Shown here: positions 11,543 to 18,060 of the stretch, piece after piece
Layout: every line of letters begins with the position of its first letter
How positions within the stretch are numbered: the first letter of the stretch is position 1
NCBI GenBank assembly: GCA_039920285.1
Contig: JBDSDX010000001.1
Span: 1-32,000, forward strand
Source of the DNA: Candidatus Saccharimonadota bacterium
GTDB taxonomy: Bacteria > Patescibacteriota > Saccharimonadia > Saccharimonadales > Saccharimonadaceae
Length of the DNA stretch: 32,000 nucleotides
Direction of reading: 5' to 3'
Notes under the pieces: model-generated
Database searches by the model: none
The model's input: the letters and a program-made list of their open reading frames with translations, nothing else
Told to the model about the DNA's origin: nothing
Program-made: the position numbers and the translations under genes

Positions 11543-11685
11543 ATGTAATATATACATCAATAGTTTTATTTCTTTGTTCTCACTACTGTTATATTCATAT
11601 TGATGTAATGTACACATCGTTGTTATATACGTCTATACATCAAACAACACGAGGCACTACATGAGAGACAATCCCGTATGTACAC
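11543..11685. repeat. AT-rich cluster of ATGTA/TACAT-containing direct and inverted repeats
   Basis: - ATGTAATATATACATCAAT (11543-11561) and ATGTAATGTACACATCGTT (11603-11621) match at 15 of 19 positions.
- TATACATCAA occurs at 11551-11560 and 11634-11643.
- ATGTACAC occurs at 11608-11615 and 11678-11685.
- tacatcaat (11553-11561) is the inverted repeat of attgatgta (11599-11607). Confidence 0.55.
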
Positions 11686-11698
11686 TCTCGCGTATCGT

Positions 11699-12082
11699 TT
11701 ACCGACCGAACACGGCAAGTCCCGCTGGTGTCATTAGCCCGTCCGCGATGAGTCGCTCAACCAACAGCCGGTTACGTACGGACTGTGTACCTGGCATGCG
11801 GCGTGGTGTGCATTTTTGAATATAGCTATGCTCATCATGGCTTCGACGCACACTTTCGCTCCAACCAAAACATAAGGTTTCTTCCAACACATCCTGAAAT
11901 GTCAGTCCATGAAGACCGGGCCGTTTCTTATTCAACTGCACCCACAGTCCAGCCGAACGATTATGGTATTCACTCAACCAAGCCCGAAACGTGGACCGAT
12001 CGTCGAAATGAATAATAGGAAGCTCTCCGTTCATTGTCATTTCATTATAAAATAGGGTCACGTCTAGGTCGAGAACCACCAT
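11699..12082 (-). CDS. YdeI/OmdA-family protein, N-terminal part (possibly C-terminally truncated; true start may be at 12040 or 12034)
   Basis: FRAWLSEYHNRSAGLWVQ...LEETLCFGWSESVRRSHDEHSYIQKCTPRR...RLIADGLMTPAGL matches the conserved core of YdeI/OmpD-associated proteins. The ORF stops just after MTPAGL, where family members usually continue for about 60 aa. Confidence 0.6.
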   Translation of the reverse strand: MVVLDLDVTLFYNEMTMNGELPIIHFDDRSTFRAWLSEYHNRSAGLWVQLNKKRPGLHGLTFQDVLEETLCFGWSESVRRSHDEHSYIQKCTPRRMPGTQSVRNRLLVERLIADGLMTPAGLAVFGR

Positions 12083-12183
12083 CCATAGACATATATCCCC
12101 TGTTCGGGTTGAGTAACTATAGTATTGGCCTGAACACTCAAAAACACGTAGTGTTTTTTACTAAAAAATCTTCAATAAAGTTA

Positions 12184-12212
12184 TTGACACAAGCGCAATG
12201 AAGTCCTATTAT
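12184..12212 (+). promoter_or_regulatory. Near-consensus sigma70-type promoter TTGACA-17-TATTAT
   Basis: TTGACA at 12184-12189, an exact 17-nt spacer, then TATTAT at 12207-12212. No CDS follows it. Confidence 0.55.
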
Positions 12213-12217
12213 TAGGG

Positions 12218-12315
12218 GTAGTTACTGAATAAATAAATTATACAGTGACCAAAAACAAAAATTACGAAAAAACTCCACGAAAACAACCGTTCCTCGCAGG
12301 CGGTTGTTTTATTTT
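12218..12315 (+). ncRNA. Candidate ~95-nt orphan sRNA (promoter to intrinsic terminator)
   Basis: The predicted TSS is near 12218-12220. A 7-bp stem pairs 12221-12227 with 12243-12249. An A-rich single-stranded stretch contains ACUCCAC (12272-12278). A strong terminator stem pairs 12282-12289 with 12301-12308 and is followed by a T-run. The only overlapping ORF (12245..12454) runs through the terminator and into tmRNA. Confidence 0.45.
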
Positions 12316-12343
12316 GCCCTATTTTCTATCTCGCTATACAAAA

Positions 12344-12366
12344 AGTCGCCCATTGAAGGGCGACTT
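12344..12366. terminator. Bidirectional hairpin terminator downstream of tmRNA
   Basis: aaaaagtcgccc-attgaa-gggcgacttttt has an A-run and a T-run on either side. It lies 14 nt from the tmRNA 3' CCA. Confidence 0.7.
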
Positions 12367-12379
12367 TTTAAAATCAGTC

Positions 12380-12783
12380 TGGTGGAGCTGCCGGGTACTG
12401 CCCCCGGGTCCGAAAGGTAACCTGCTATTCGTCTACAAACATAGTCTGAACTGAGGGTTAACGACTGCCGAGCCTGAAGTTCAAACAGAAATGGCTCATA
12501 AGTCGCGCTGAAAGGTGTCCCCTATGATCCGCAGCTGCCCGGATCAAGGGTAAGTGGCATATTTATAACACTGTTTCCTCTATGCTACCTCGAGAAAATC
12601 AATGGCTTAGGCGTTGTAGGCGAAAGCTGGCGCAAAAACAGGAGCAGTGAACGAGTTAACGAACGCTACTACCTTAGCTTTTGCTGTTGCAAATGTGTTT
12701 GCAGTTAAAAAGTGCACTGTACGTGTGCGGTCGGTTTGCAAAATAACCTGTTAAAGTCCTCTCGTCGAAGCTATATCAGCCCC
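12380..12783 (-). ncRNA. ssrA: tmRNA (SsrA)
   Basis: On the minus strand, the 5' GGGGCTGATATAGCTTCGACGAGAGGAC... pairs with the 3' ...CAGCTCCACCA to form the tRNA-like acceptor arm. An internal tag reading frame ends ...APVFAPAFAYNA-TAA (stop at 12607-12609). TGtTATAAT (12803-12795) lies upstream. Confidence 0.9.
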
Positions 12784-12848
12784 ACGACCTCTGTATTATA
12801 ACAATTTAAGACCGATTTTACCAGTGGAGCGTACGCTAAACAGCAGAT

Positions 12849-14363
12849 ATGGTTGCGAAGGTAAATACAGTAGCATTAATTGGCTTTGACGGAGCCCTAA
12901 TAGAGGTCGAGGCTGACATAAAGCAAGGACTACCGGGTATCCAGATCGTTGGCATGGGAAGTAAAGCCATTGATGAAGCGAGAGAAAGGGTACGGAGCGC
13001 AATCTCCAATTCACTTCTCACCTTTCCACCCCGGAAGCTCACTATTAACCTCGCTCCTGCGGAACTACCAAAAGAAGGTGCCCATTTTGATCTCCCGATT
13101 GCTATTTCTATATTAATCGCCAGTGGTCAGTTGAAACAAACAGAGGTGAACGGTGCCGCTTTTGCAGGTGAACTTGCGTTGACTGGTGAACTACGGCCGA
13201 TTCGAGGTGCGATTACCCTGGCCGAAACCGCCCACAAAGCAGGGCTTAATACTCTCTACGTCCCCCTTGAGAACGCATCTCAAGCAGTCCTGATCTCAGG
13301 AATCACCGTCATTGGCATTCGAGACCTGACGTCTCTCTACCAGCACCTCAAGCAGGCAACAGTGATTAAGCCAACAACCACCCCTCTTATCGCCTCTGTT
13401 ATTCATCCCGATACGACACCGATCGATGATATCAAAGGTCAAGACCAAGCCAAGCGAGCCCTCACTATCGCCGTCTCTGGTCGGCACAATCTGTTACTGA
13501 GCGGGCCGCCTGGTGCGGGTAAGACGATGCTCGCCAAGGCGCTCGTCGGTCTCCTTCCTCCCCTCACCCCTGATGAGCAAATCGCCGTGACAAAAATTCA
13601 TAGCCTAACAGGTGACGCGTCACCCCTTATCCAGACCGACCGACCATTTCGGGCACCTCACCACACCACTAGTTCGATTGCGCTTATCGGTGGTGGTGCC
13701 CGACCACGCCCAGGTGAAATTAGTCTCGCCCATCTCGGCGTCTTATTCTTAGACGAACTACCTGAATATTCACGTTCATCGCTCGAAGCACTGCGTCAGC
13801 CACTTGAAGACAAAAGTGTCTCAATTGCCCGAACACATGGACGAGTTACTTACCCAGCAGACTTCATGTTAGTGGCTACAATGAACCCATGTCCTTGCGG
13901 ATATTTGGGTGACGAACGTCACGAATGTATGTGTTCAGCCACCCAAATTTTAGCTTATCAAAAACGTCTTTCTGGTCCACTCTTAGACCGAATTGACCTT
14001 TTTGTGAATGTCTCAAAGGTCAAAAACGAAACGTTATTAACCACTAATACGTTGCATAAAACTCAACAGTCAATAGTGGTCAAGTTAATAGAATCCGCAC
14101 TTGTACAACAAAAATATAGATTTAATAGTAGCACGATTTACAACGGTTCATTGTCTTCACCAGAGGTTCGAAAAAAACTCGCTATGACAGACTCGGCACG
14201 TGATTTACTGAACACTGCAGCGGAACGCTTGGACCTTACCGCACGGAGCTATTTTAAAGTTATCAAAGTCGCCCAAACCATTGCTGATCTCTCAAAATGC
14301 CCCCTCATTGAGCCGCCCCACGTGTCCGAAGCATTGCAATTTCGTGCCAACCTACCAACATAA
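12849..14363 (+). CDS. comM: Mg-chelatase-like ATPase ComM/YifB
   Basis: 504 aa with an N-terminal Lon-like domain, Walker A LLLSGPPGAGKTM, GVLFLDELPE, the Cys cluster NPCPCGY and a C-terminal ChlI-like helical domain. Confidence 0.9.
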   Translation: MVAKVNTVALIGFDGALIEVEADIKQGLPGIQIVGMGSKAIDEARERVRSAISNSLLTFPPRKLTINLAPAELPKEGAHFDLPIAISILIASGQLKQTEVNGAAFAGELALTGELRPIRGAITLAETAHKAGLNTLYVPLENASQAVLISGITVIGIRDLTSLYQHLKQATVIKPTTTPLIASVIHPDTTPIDDIKGQDQAKRALTIAVSGRHNLLLSGPPGAGKTMLAKALVGLLPPLTPDEQIAVTKIHSLTGDASPLIQTDRPFRAPHHTTSSIALIGGGARPRPGEISLAHLGVLFLDELPEYSRSSLEALRQPLEDKSVSIARTHGRVTYPADFMLVATMNPCPCGYLGDERHECMCSATQILAYQKRLSGPLLDRIDLFVNVSKVKNETLLTTNTLHKTQQSIVVKLIESALVQQKYRFNSSTIYNGSLSSPEVRKKLAMTDSARDLLNTAAERLDLTARSYFKVIKVAQTIADLSKCPLIEPPHVSEALQFRANLPT

Positions 14364-14376
14364 CCATCCCCACCCC

Positions 14377-14405
14377 TTGTATTACCTTGGTTATTTTGTT
14401 AGAAT
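14377..14405 (+). promoter_or_regulatory. Candidate infC operon promoter TTGTAT-17-TAGAAT
   Basis: Hexamers at 14377-14382 and 14400-14405 with a 17-nt spacer, about 60 nt upstream of infC. Confidence 0.5.
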
Positions 14406-14465
14406 AGTCGATGAGTAAAGCAAGAAAACAGTACTCTAGGTAATAACGGAATTAGGGAGAGCACC

Positions 14466-14972
14466 ATCAATCAGTCAATTCGCATCAATGAGGCAATCCG
14501 GGCAACCGAGCTGCGTGTTATTGGAGCGGAAGGCGAACAGCTTGGTATTTTGAGCCGCAGCGATGCACTCAAAGCCGCCGCTGAAGCTGGACTTGATCTG
14601 GTTGAGATCTCACCTAACGCTGCACCACCCGTTGCAAAAATCGTCGACTGGGGTAAATACCAGTATTCAAAGATGAAAGAGGCGCAAAAAAATCGCCGTA
14701 GCAACAAGGCAAACGAACTCAAGCAAATGCGTTTCGGGATGAAGATCGGTCAAGGTGACCTCGACATCAAGCTCCGCAAGATCCGCGAGTTCCTCGCCGA
14801 GGGCCACAAGGTCCGTATCCAAGTATTCTTCCGTGGACGTGAAAACGCTCACCGAGACCTCGGGTACGTCATGATCGATCGGATCAGAGGCCTACTGGAA
14901 GAAGAAGCTGTTTTCGAGCATGAGCCAACAATGGCCGGGCGCAATCTAAGCGTCGTAATAAGGAGTAAATAA
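14466..14972 (+). CDS. infC: Translation initiation factor IF-3 with a probable non-AUG start
   Basis: In-frame translation upstream of the tracked ATG gives NQSIRINEAIRATELRVIGAEGEQLGILSRSDAL..., the conserved IF-3 N-domain. AGGGAGAG (14454-14461) lies 4 nt before ATC at 14466. ATT at 14451 is also in frame but precedes the SD. Confidence 0.88.
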   Translation: MNQSIRINEAIRATELRVIGAEGEQLGILSRSDALKAAAEAGLDLVEISPNAAPPVAKIVDWGKYQYSKMKEAQKNRRSNKANELKQMRFGMKIGQGDLDIKLRKIREFLAEGHKVRIQVFFRGRENAHRDLGYVMIDRIRGLLEEEAVFEHEPTMAGRNLSVVIRSK

Positions 14973-15166
14973 TGCCAAAGCTAAAGACCCATAAAGGTAC
15001 CGCTAAGCGGATCAAGATTACCAGTACTGGTAAATTGACTCGTCGCCGTGCTTTTGGCGCTCACCTTCTTGCAAAGAAGAGTAAGGGCCGCAAACGAAGG
15101 ATCAACACGACTGCGCTCGTGACTGGTCACACCGCACGAAATATTAAACGAGCACTAGGAATTTAA
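14972..15166 (+). CDS. rpmI: 50S ribosomal protein L35
   Basis: [21 protein letters not shown]... is a classic bL35 sequence. The ATG overlaps the infC stop (TAATG). Confidence 0.95.
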   Translation: MPKLKTHKGTAKRIKITSTGKLTRRRAFGAHLLAKKSKGRKRRINTTALVTGHTARNIKRALGI

Positions 15167-15168
15167 TT

Positions 15169-15510
15169 ATGCGAGTTAAACGAAGCGTCCCCGCACGCAA
15201 CCGCCACAAAAAGATTTTAAAAGCCGCTAAGGGTATGCAACACAACCGCACCCGTAGTTTCCGTCTTGCAAAGCAAGCGGTCACTCGTGCGCTTGAGTAC
15301 GCCTACCGTGACCGTCGTAACCGTAAGCGTGATCTCCGTGGTCTTTGGATCACTCGTATCAACGCTGGCGCACGCGAACAAGGCACCACTTACGGCAAGC
15401 TTATTGCTGGCCTCAAAGCTGCAAAGATCGAGCTGGACCGTAAGGTTCTTGCTGAGATCGTTGTCAACGAACCTGCTGCATTTGCAGAAATCGTTAAAAG
15501 CGCAAAATAA
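15169..15510 (+). CDS. rplT: 50S ribosomal protein L20
   Basis: [22 protein letters not shown]...[20 protein letters not shown] is a classic bL20 sequence. Confidence 0.95.
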   Translation: MRVKRSVPARNRHKKILKAAKGMQHNRTRSFRLAKQAVTRALEYAYRDRRNRKRDLRGLWITRINAGAREQGTTYGKLIAGLKAAKIELDRKVLAEIVVNEPAAFAEIVKSAK

Positions 15511-15530
15511 GTTACAGGATCTTTAGCTGC

Positions 15531-15560
15531 AAAACCACCTCATCTCGGGGTGGTTTTGTT
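15531..15560 (+). terminator. Intrinsic terminator after rplT
   Basis: aaaaccacc...ggtggtttt stem followed by a T-rich run. Confidence 0.7.
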
Positions 15561-15583
15561 ATAGTTCACCAATTTTGAGATAC

Positions 15584-15608
15584 AAAAAGTCCCTCTTTAC
15601 GAGGGACT
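15584..15608 (-). terminator. Intrinsic terminator after RNase P RNA
   Basis: On the minus strand, GAGTCCCTC-GTAAA-GAGGGACT is followed by TTTTT. Confidence 0.7.
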
Positions 15609-15609
15609 C

Positions 15610-15952
15610 ATAGTAGGCAGATCGTCTGTAAGCCGGGTTTTGTCGAGGACGACCATCTATCTAGCCTTGTGATTGCTCACAAGATCGAGCGGGTAGCGAC
15701 CAACGGACGGATAGCCCTTTATGTTGATCTCCTTGCAGCAGGCAGGGTTTACCTTCTCCATATGTCGCCATATGACGCTGTGGGCTCTTACCCCACTCAT
15801 TTCACCCTTACCTCCTAAGAGGCGGTTTTGTTTCTGTGGCACTTTCCCTAGGGTTGCCCCCGGTTGCCGTTAACAACTGCCTGTATCCTATGCTGCCCGG
15901 ACTTTCCTCTTACTCCTTGTGAGAGCAAGCGGTCGTCTAACGAACTGCCTAG
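15610..15952 (-). ncRNA. rnpB: RNase P RNA (bacterial type A)
   Basis: The minus strand contains GAGGAAAGTCCGGGC (CR-I, plus 15897-15911) and ACAAAACCCGGCTTA (CR-V/P4, plus 15629-15643). P1 pairs AGGCAG with CTGCCT and P2 pairs GACGACC with GGTCGTC. TATAAT (15963-15958) lies 7 nt upstream of the predicted 5' end. Confidence 0.9.
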
Positions 15953-15958
15953 CCGATA

Positions 15959-16849
15959 TTATACACGAGCATCATCTTTTTCTCTAGAATGAGCATCGAG
16001 AGTCTTATTAACCATGCCGTCAGCCAACTGGTTAAACTCGCGAGATACGTGAGTAAAGGTAACTTTATCAAACAACTTCATAAGTTCATGGATGCGCTCA
16101 TGGATCGGCCACAACTCGCGATTTTTAATTTTGTAAAAACCCTTCATTTGATTGACGACCAGCATACTATCAATTTTGAAGTCGACGTGTTTGAATTTCA
16201 ACTCAAAAGCTTTCTCGAGTCCAATACGAACGCCTTGATATTCAGCTTGGTTATTAGTCGTGATACCCAGGTATTCACCGCCCTCAGCAATTACTTCTTG
16301 GTTGCTATTGAGAATGACAAAACCGGCCGCTGATGGTCCAGGATTACCGCGTGATCCTCCATCAGAATAAATAGTTACTGTATTTTCTGATGAAGTTTTT
16401 ACATCATTAGCCTTTTCAACTCGAAGTGTTTCATCTGTTATTTCTTCTTGTTGTATAATTCCCAACAATAATTGTGTTAAATCAGTCAACTCTGATTGTT
16501 GCTTATCTGACATCGATTTCCATTTATACTTCGAGTAGTTTCCACTGAGCGAAAGTGGTCGTCCATCTTCAGTTTTTGTCACTAAGTATACGATCACGAC
16601 ATATTGGATTCCGCTGTCATCATGATCAATATACGTCACTGCGTCGAAGAGCTGTGCTGACTTAATATGAATACCAGCATCGTCATGTAAGTAACGACGA
16701 AGTGCGTCTTCTGGCTGCTCGTTGTACGCGAGCTTACCGCCAGGTAATTCATACTTGCCCAAAATAGTTGGCCGTCCATTGGCACGTTGTAAGACAAGTG
16801 CCTTGCCGCTGTCATTGATAATTGCTCGAACTGATAATCTTTGCTTCAT
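15959..16849 (-). CDS. Nudix-domain / RNase H (type 1) fusion protein
   Basis: The N-terminal half has the Nudix fold signature GGKLAYNEQPEDALRRYLHDDAGI. The C-terminal half has the RNase HI DEDD pattern (IYSDGGSRGNPGP, NNQAEY, KIDSMLVV, NQLADGM). The start is chosen at MKQRL (16849); the tracked ORF extends to 16912. Confidence 0.8.
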   Translation of the reverse strand: MKQRLSVRAIINDSGKALVLQRANGRPTILGKYELPGGKLAYNEQPEDALRRYLHDDAGIHIKSAQLFDAVTYIDHDDSGIQYVVIVYLVTKTEDGRPLSLSGNYSKYKWKSMSDKQQSELTDLTQLLLGIIQQEEITDETLRVEKANDVKTSSENTVTIYSDGGSRGNPGPSAAGFVILNSNQEVIAEGGEYLGITTNNQAEYQGVRIGLEKAFELKFKHVDFKIDSMLVVNQMKGFYKIKNRELWPIHERIHELMKLFDKVTFTHVSREFNQLADGMVNKTLDAHSREKDDARV

Positions 16850-16900
16850 GTTTGTATTACCTTTTGGATAGTACTTAAAGTATATAGCATAAGCAGAAAT

Positions 16901-17080
16901 AAAAAAACTCACCTACAGGTGAGATACATGGTACCCAGAGGCGTCCTAGGCATGATGATATTCCCCGCGTATATGCAAGGTGGGTGGCCGCAATTCACTT
17001 CCACGGAAATGAACCATTTGGTTACCCTCATCTATGATATCGGAAAATCATATGCACCTAGGTTGTAAACCCCCTGGGTA
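16901..17080 (-). ncRNA. Candidate ~180-nt rod-shaped sRNA (6S-like), or alternatively a terminator-type leader of the Nudix-RNase H gene
   Basis: - TATAAT (17092-17087) lies 7 nt upstream.
- The 5' GTACCCAGGG...CCTAGGTGCATATGATTTTCC pairs over about 35 bp with GGAATATCATCATGCCTAGG...CCTCTGGGTAC.
- There is an internal loop region and two small apical hairpins.
- It ends in the CTCACC-TGTA-GGTGAG hairpin plus T7.
- The overlapping 75-aa ORF is not protein-like. Confidence 0.45.
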
Positions 17081-17095
17081 CTTCTTATTATACTC

Positions 17096-17740
17096 CTATA
17101 CTCGAAACACTGCGCTGAAAACATCTAAGAAAAAACTTATGGCTATACGCATAAAGTCACCGAGTTGACTACTGAAGAGGATGATCAAAAGGAAGATAAA
17201 CATGATGCCATAGCGCTCAATCCAGCGCATCCCCTGTCGGACAATCTCTGGTGCCACGGCGTAGAGCACACGCGAGCCATCAAGTGGTGGAATCGGCAGA
17301 ATATTAAAGACGAAGAACCCAAGATTCACACTAATAAAGGTCATGAGGATCTGCGCACCGATACCGAGAGTTGGCATACCGATAATAGCCCAGATACCAA
17401 AGCTCACGAAAGCAAACACAAAGTTAGTTAATGGCCCACCGATAGCCACCAATGCTGCACCCCAGTCACCGAACTTAACCCTATCCGGGTTAAAGGGCAC
17501 CGGTTTTGCTCCACCAAAGATTGGCGCGCCGACGATCGCAAGTCCCAGTGGCAAGATGATCGTTAAGAAAGGGTCTATATGCTTAATAGGGTTCAGCGTG
17601 AGCCGTCCTTCCCTCTTGGCGGTGTCGTCGCCCAACCAATAGCCCACGAAGGCGTGCATCGCCTCGTGAAGTGTCATAGATATCAAGATGACACCTAGGG
17701 TGATAGCAATGGTGATGAGATTTATATCCATTCCTTTCAT
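17096..17740 (-). CDS. Site-2 protease family (M50) membrane metalloprotease
   Basis: HEAMHAF (HExxH) sits in a TM helix, with multiple TM segments and a downstream PPLDGSRVL (LDG) motif. The start could be MKGMD (17740) or, if leaderless, MDINL (17731). The tracked ORF extends to 17812. Confidence 0.85.
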   Translation of the reverse strand: MKGMDINLITIAITLGVILISMTLHEAMHAFVGYWLGDDTAKREGRLTLNPIKHIDPFLTIILPLGLAIVGAPIFGGAKPVPFNPDRVKFGDWGAALVAIGGPLTNFVFAFVSFGIWAIIGMPTLGIGAQILMTFISVNLGFFVFNILPIPPLDGSRVLYAVAPEIVRQGMRWIERYGIMFIFLLIILFSSQLGDFMRIAISFFLDVFSAVFRV

Positions 17741-17757
17741 TATACCAGCTTCACCTC

Positions 17758-17791
17758 TTGACTCTAAGGGTAAAAAACGGTAGAATGAGTA
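17758..17791 (+). promoter_or_regulatory. Candidate rpmB promoter TTGACT-17-TAGAAT
   Basis: cTTGACTctaagggtaaaaaacggTAGAATg is read directly from sequence, divergent from the M50 gene. Confidence 0.5.
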
Positions 17792-17829
17792 GCAATGTCC
17801 TTGGAAAATCAAGGCGGAGAAAAACTATT

Positions 17830-18042
17830 ATGACAGCACGAGATGAACTCACCGGTAAAGGAAAGCAATTTGGCAACAATGTTAGCTTCTCTTTGCGACG
17901 CACAAACCGTGTTTTCAAGCCTAACCTTCAGAAGAAGACCTTCACTGTTGATGGTCAAAAAGTCACTCTTGTGATTGCAGCGAGTACTATTCGCACGCTA
18001 AAGAAAAAAGGCATCCTTACAAAACACGACGTCAGTGCCTAA
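17830..18042 (+). CDS. rpmB: 50S ribosomal protein L28
   Basis: MTARDELTGKGKQFGNNVSFSLRRTNRVFKPNLQKK... is a classic bL28 sequence. A GGCGGAG RBS lies upstream of the ATG at 17830. Confidence 0.9.
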   Translation: MTARDELTGKGKQFGNNVSFSLRRTNRVFKPNLQKKTFTVDGQKVTLVIAASTIRTLKKKGILTKHDVSA

Positions 18043-18060
18043 CCCAACCGGTTAAAAGAA

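Noticed and set aside
11405-11700. A replication origin was considered, given the AT-rich repeats, a DnaA-box-like GTGGATAC at about 11414-11421, and gyrB/gyrA in the window.
   Set aside because: There is only one imperfect DnaA-box-like 9-mer. dnaA and dnaN are not adjacent, and the repeats do not resemble TTATCCACA. This is kept only as a generic repeat-cluster finding.
12245-12454. A 69-aa plus-strand ORF spans the sRNA terminator and the tmRNA 3' end.
   Set aside because: It reads through two terminator hairpins and the tmRNA acceptor and T arm. It is an artefact of the RNA genes.
15657-15842. A 61-aa minus-strand ORF.
   Set aside because: It lies wholly inside the RNase P RNA.
16841-17068. 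A 75-aa plus-strand ORF covers the 6S-like region. I also asked whether this RNA or the 11.1-kb element is SRP (4.5S) RNA.
   Set aside because: The ORF has no start signals and is antisense to a promoter-to-terminator RNA unit. SRP RNA was rejected because the invariant GGAA-tetraloop/GGAAGCAGC helix-8 motif is absent here. I also did not find that motif anywhere else in the window, on either strand.
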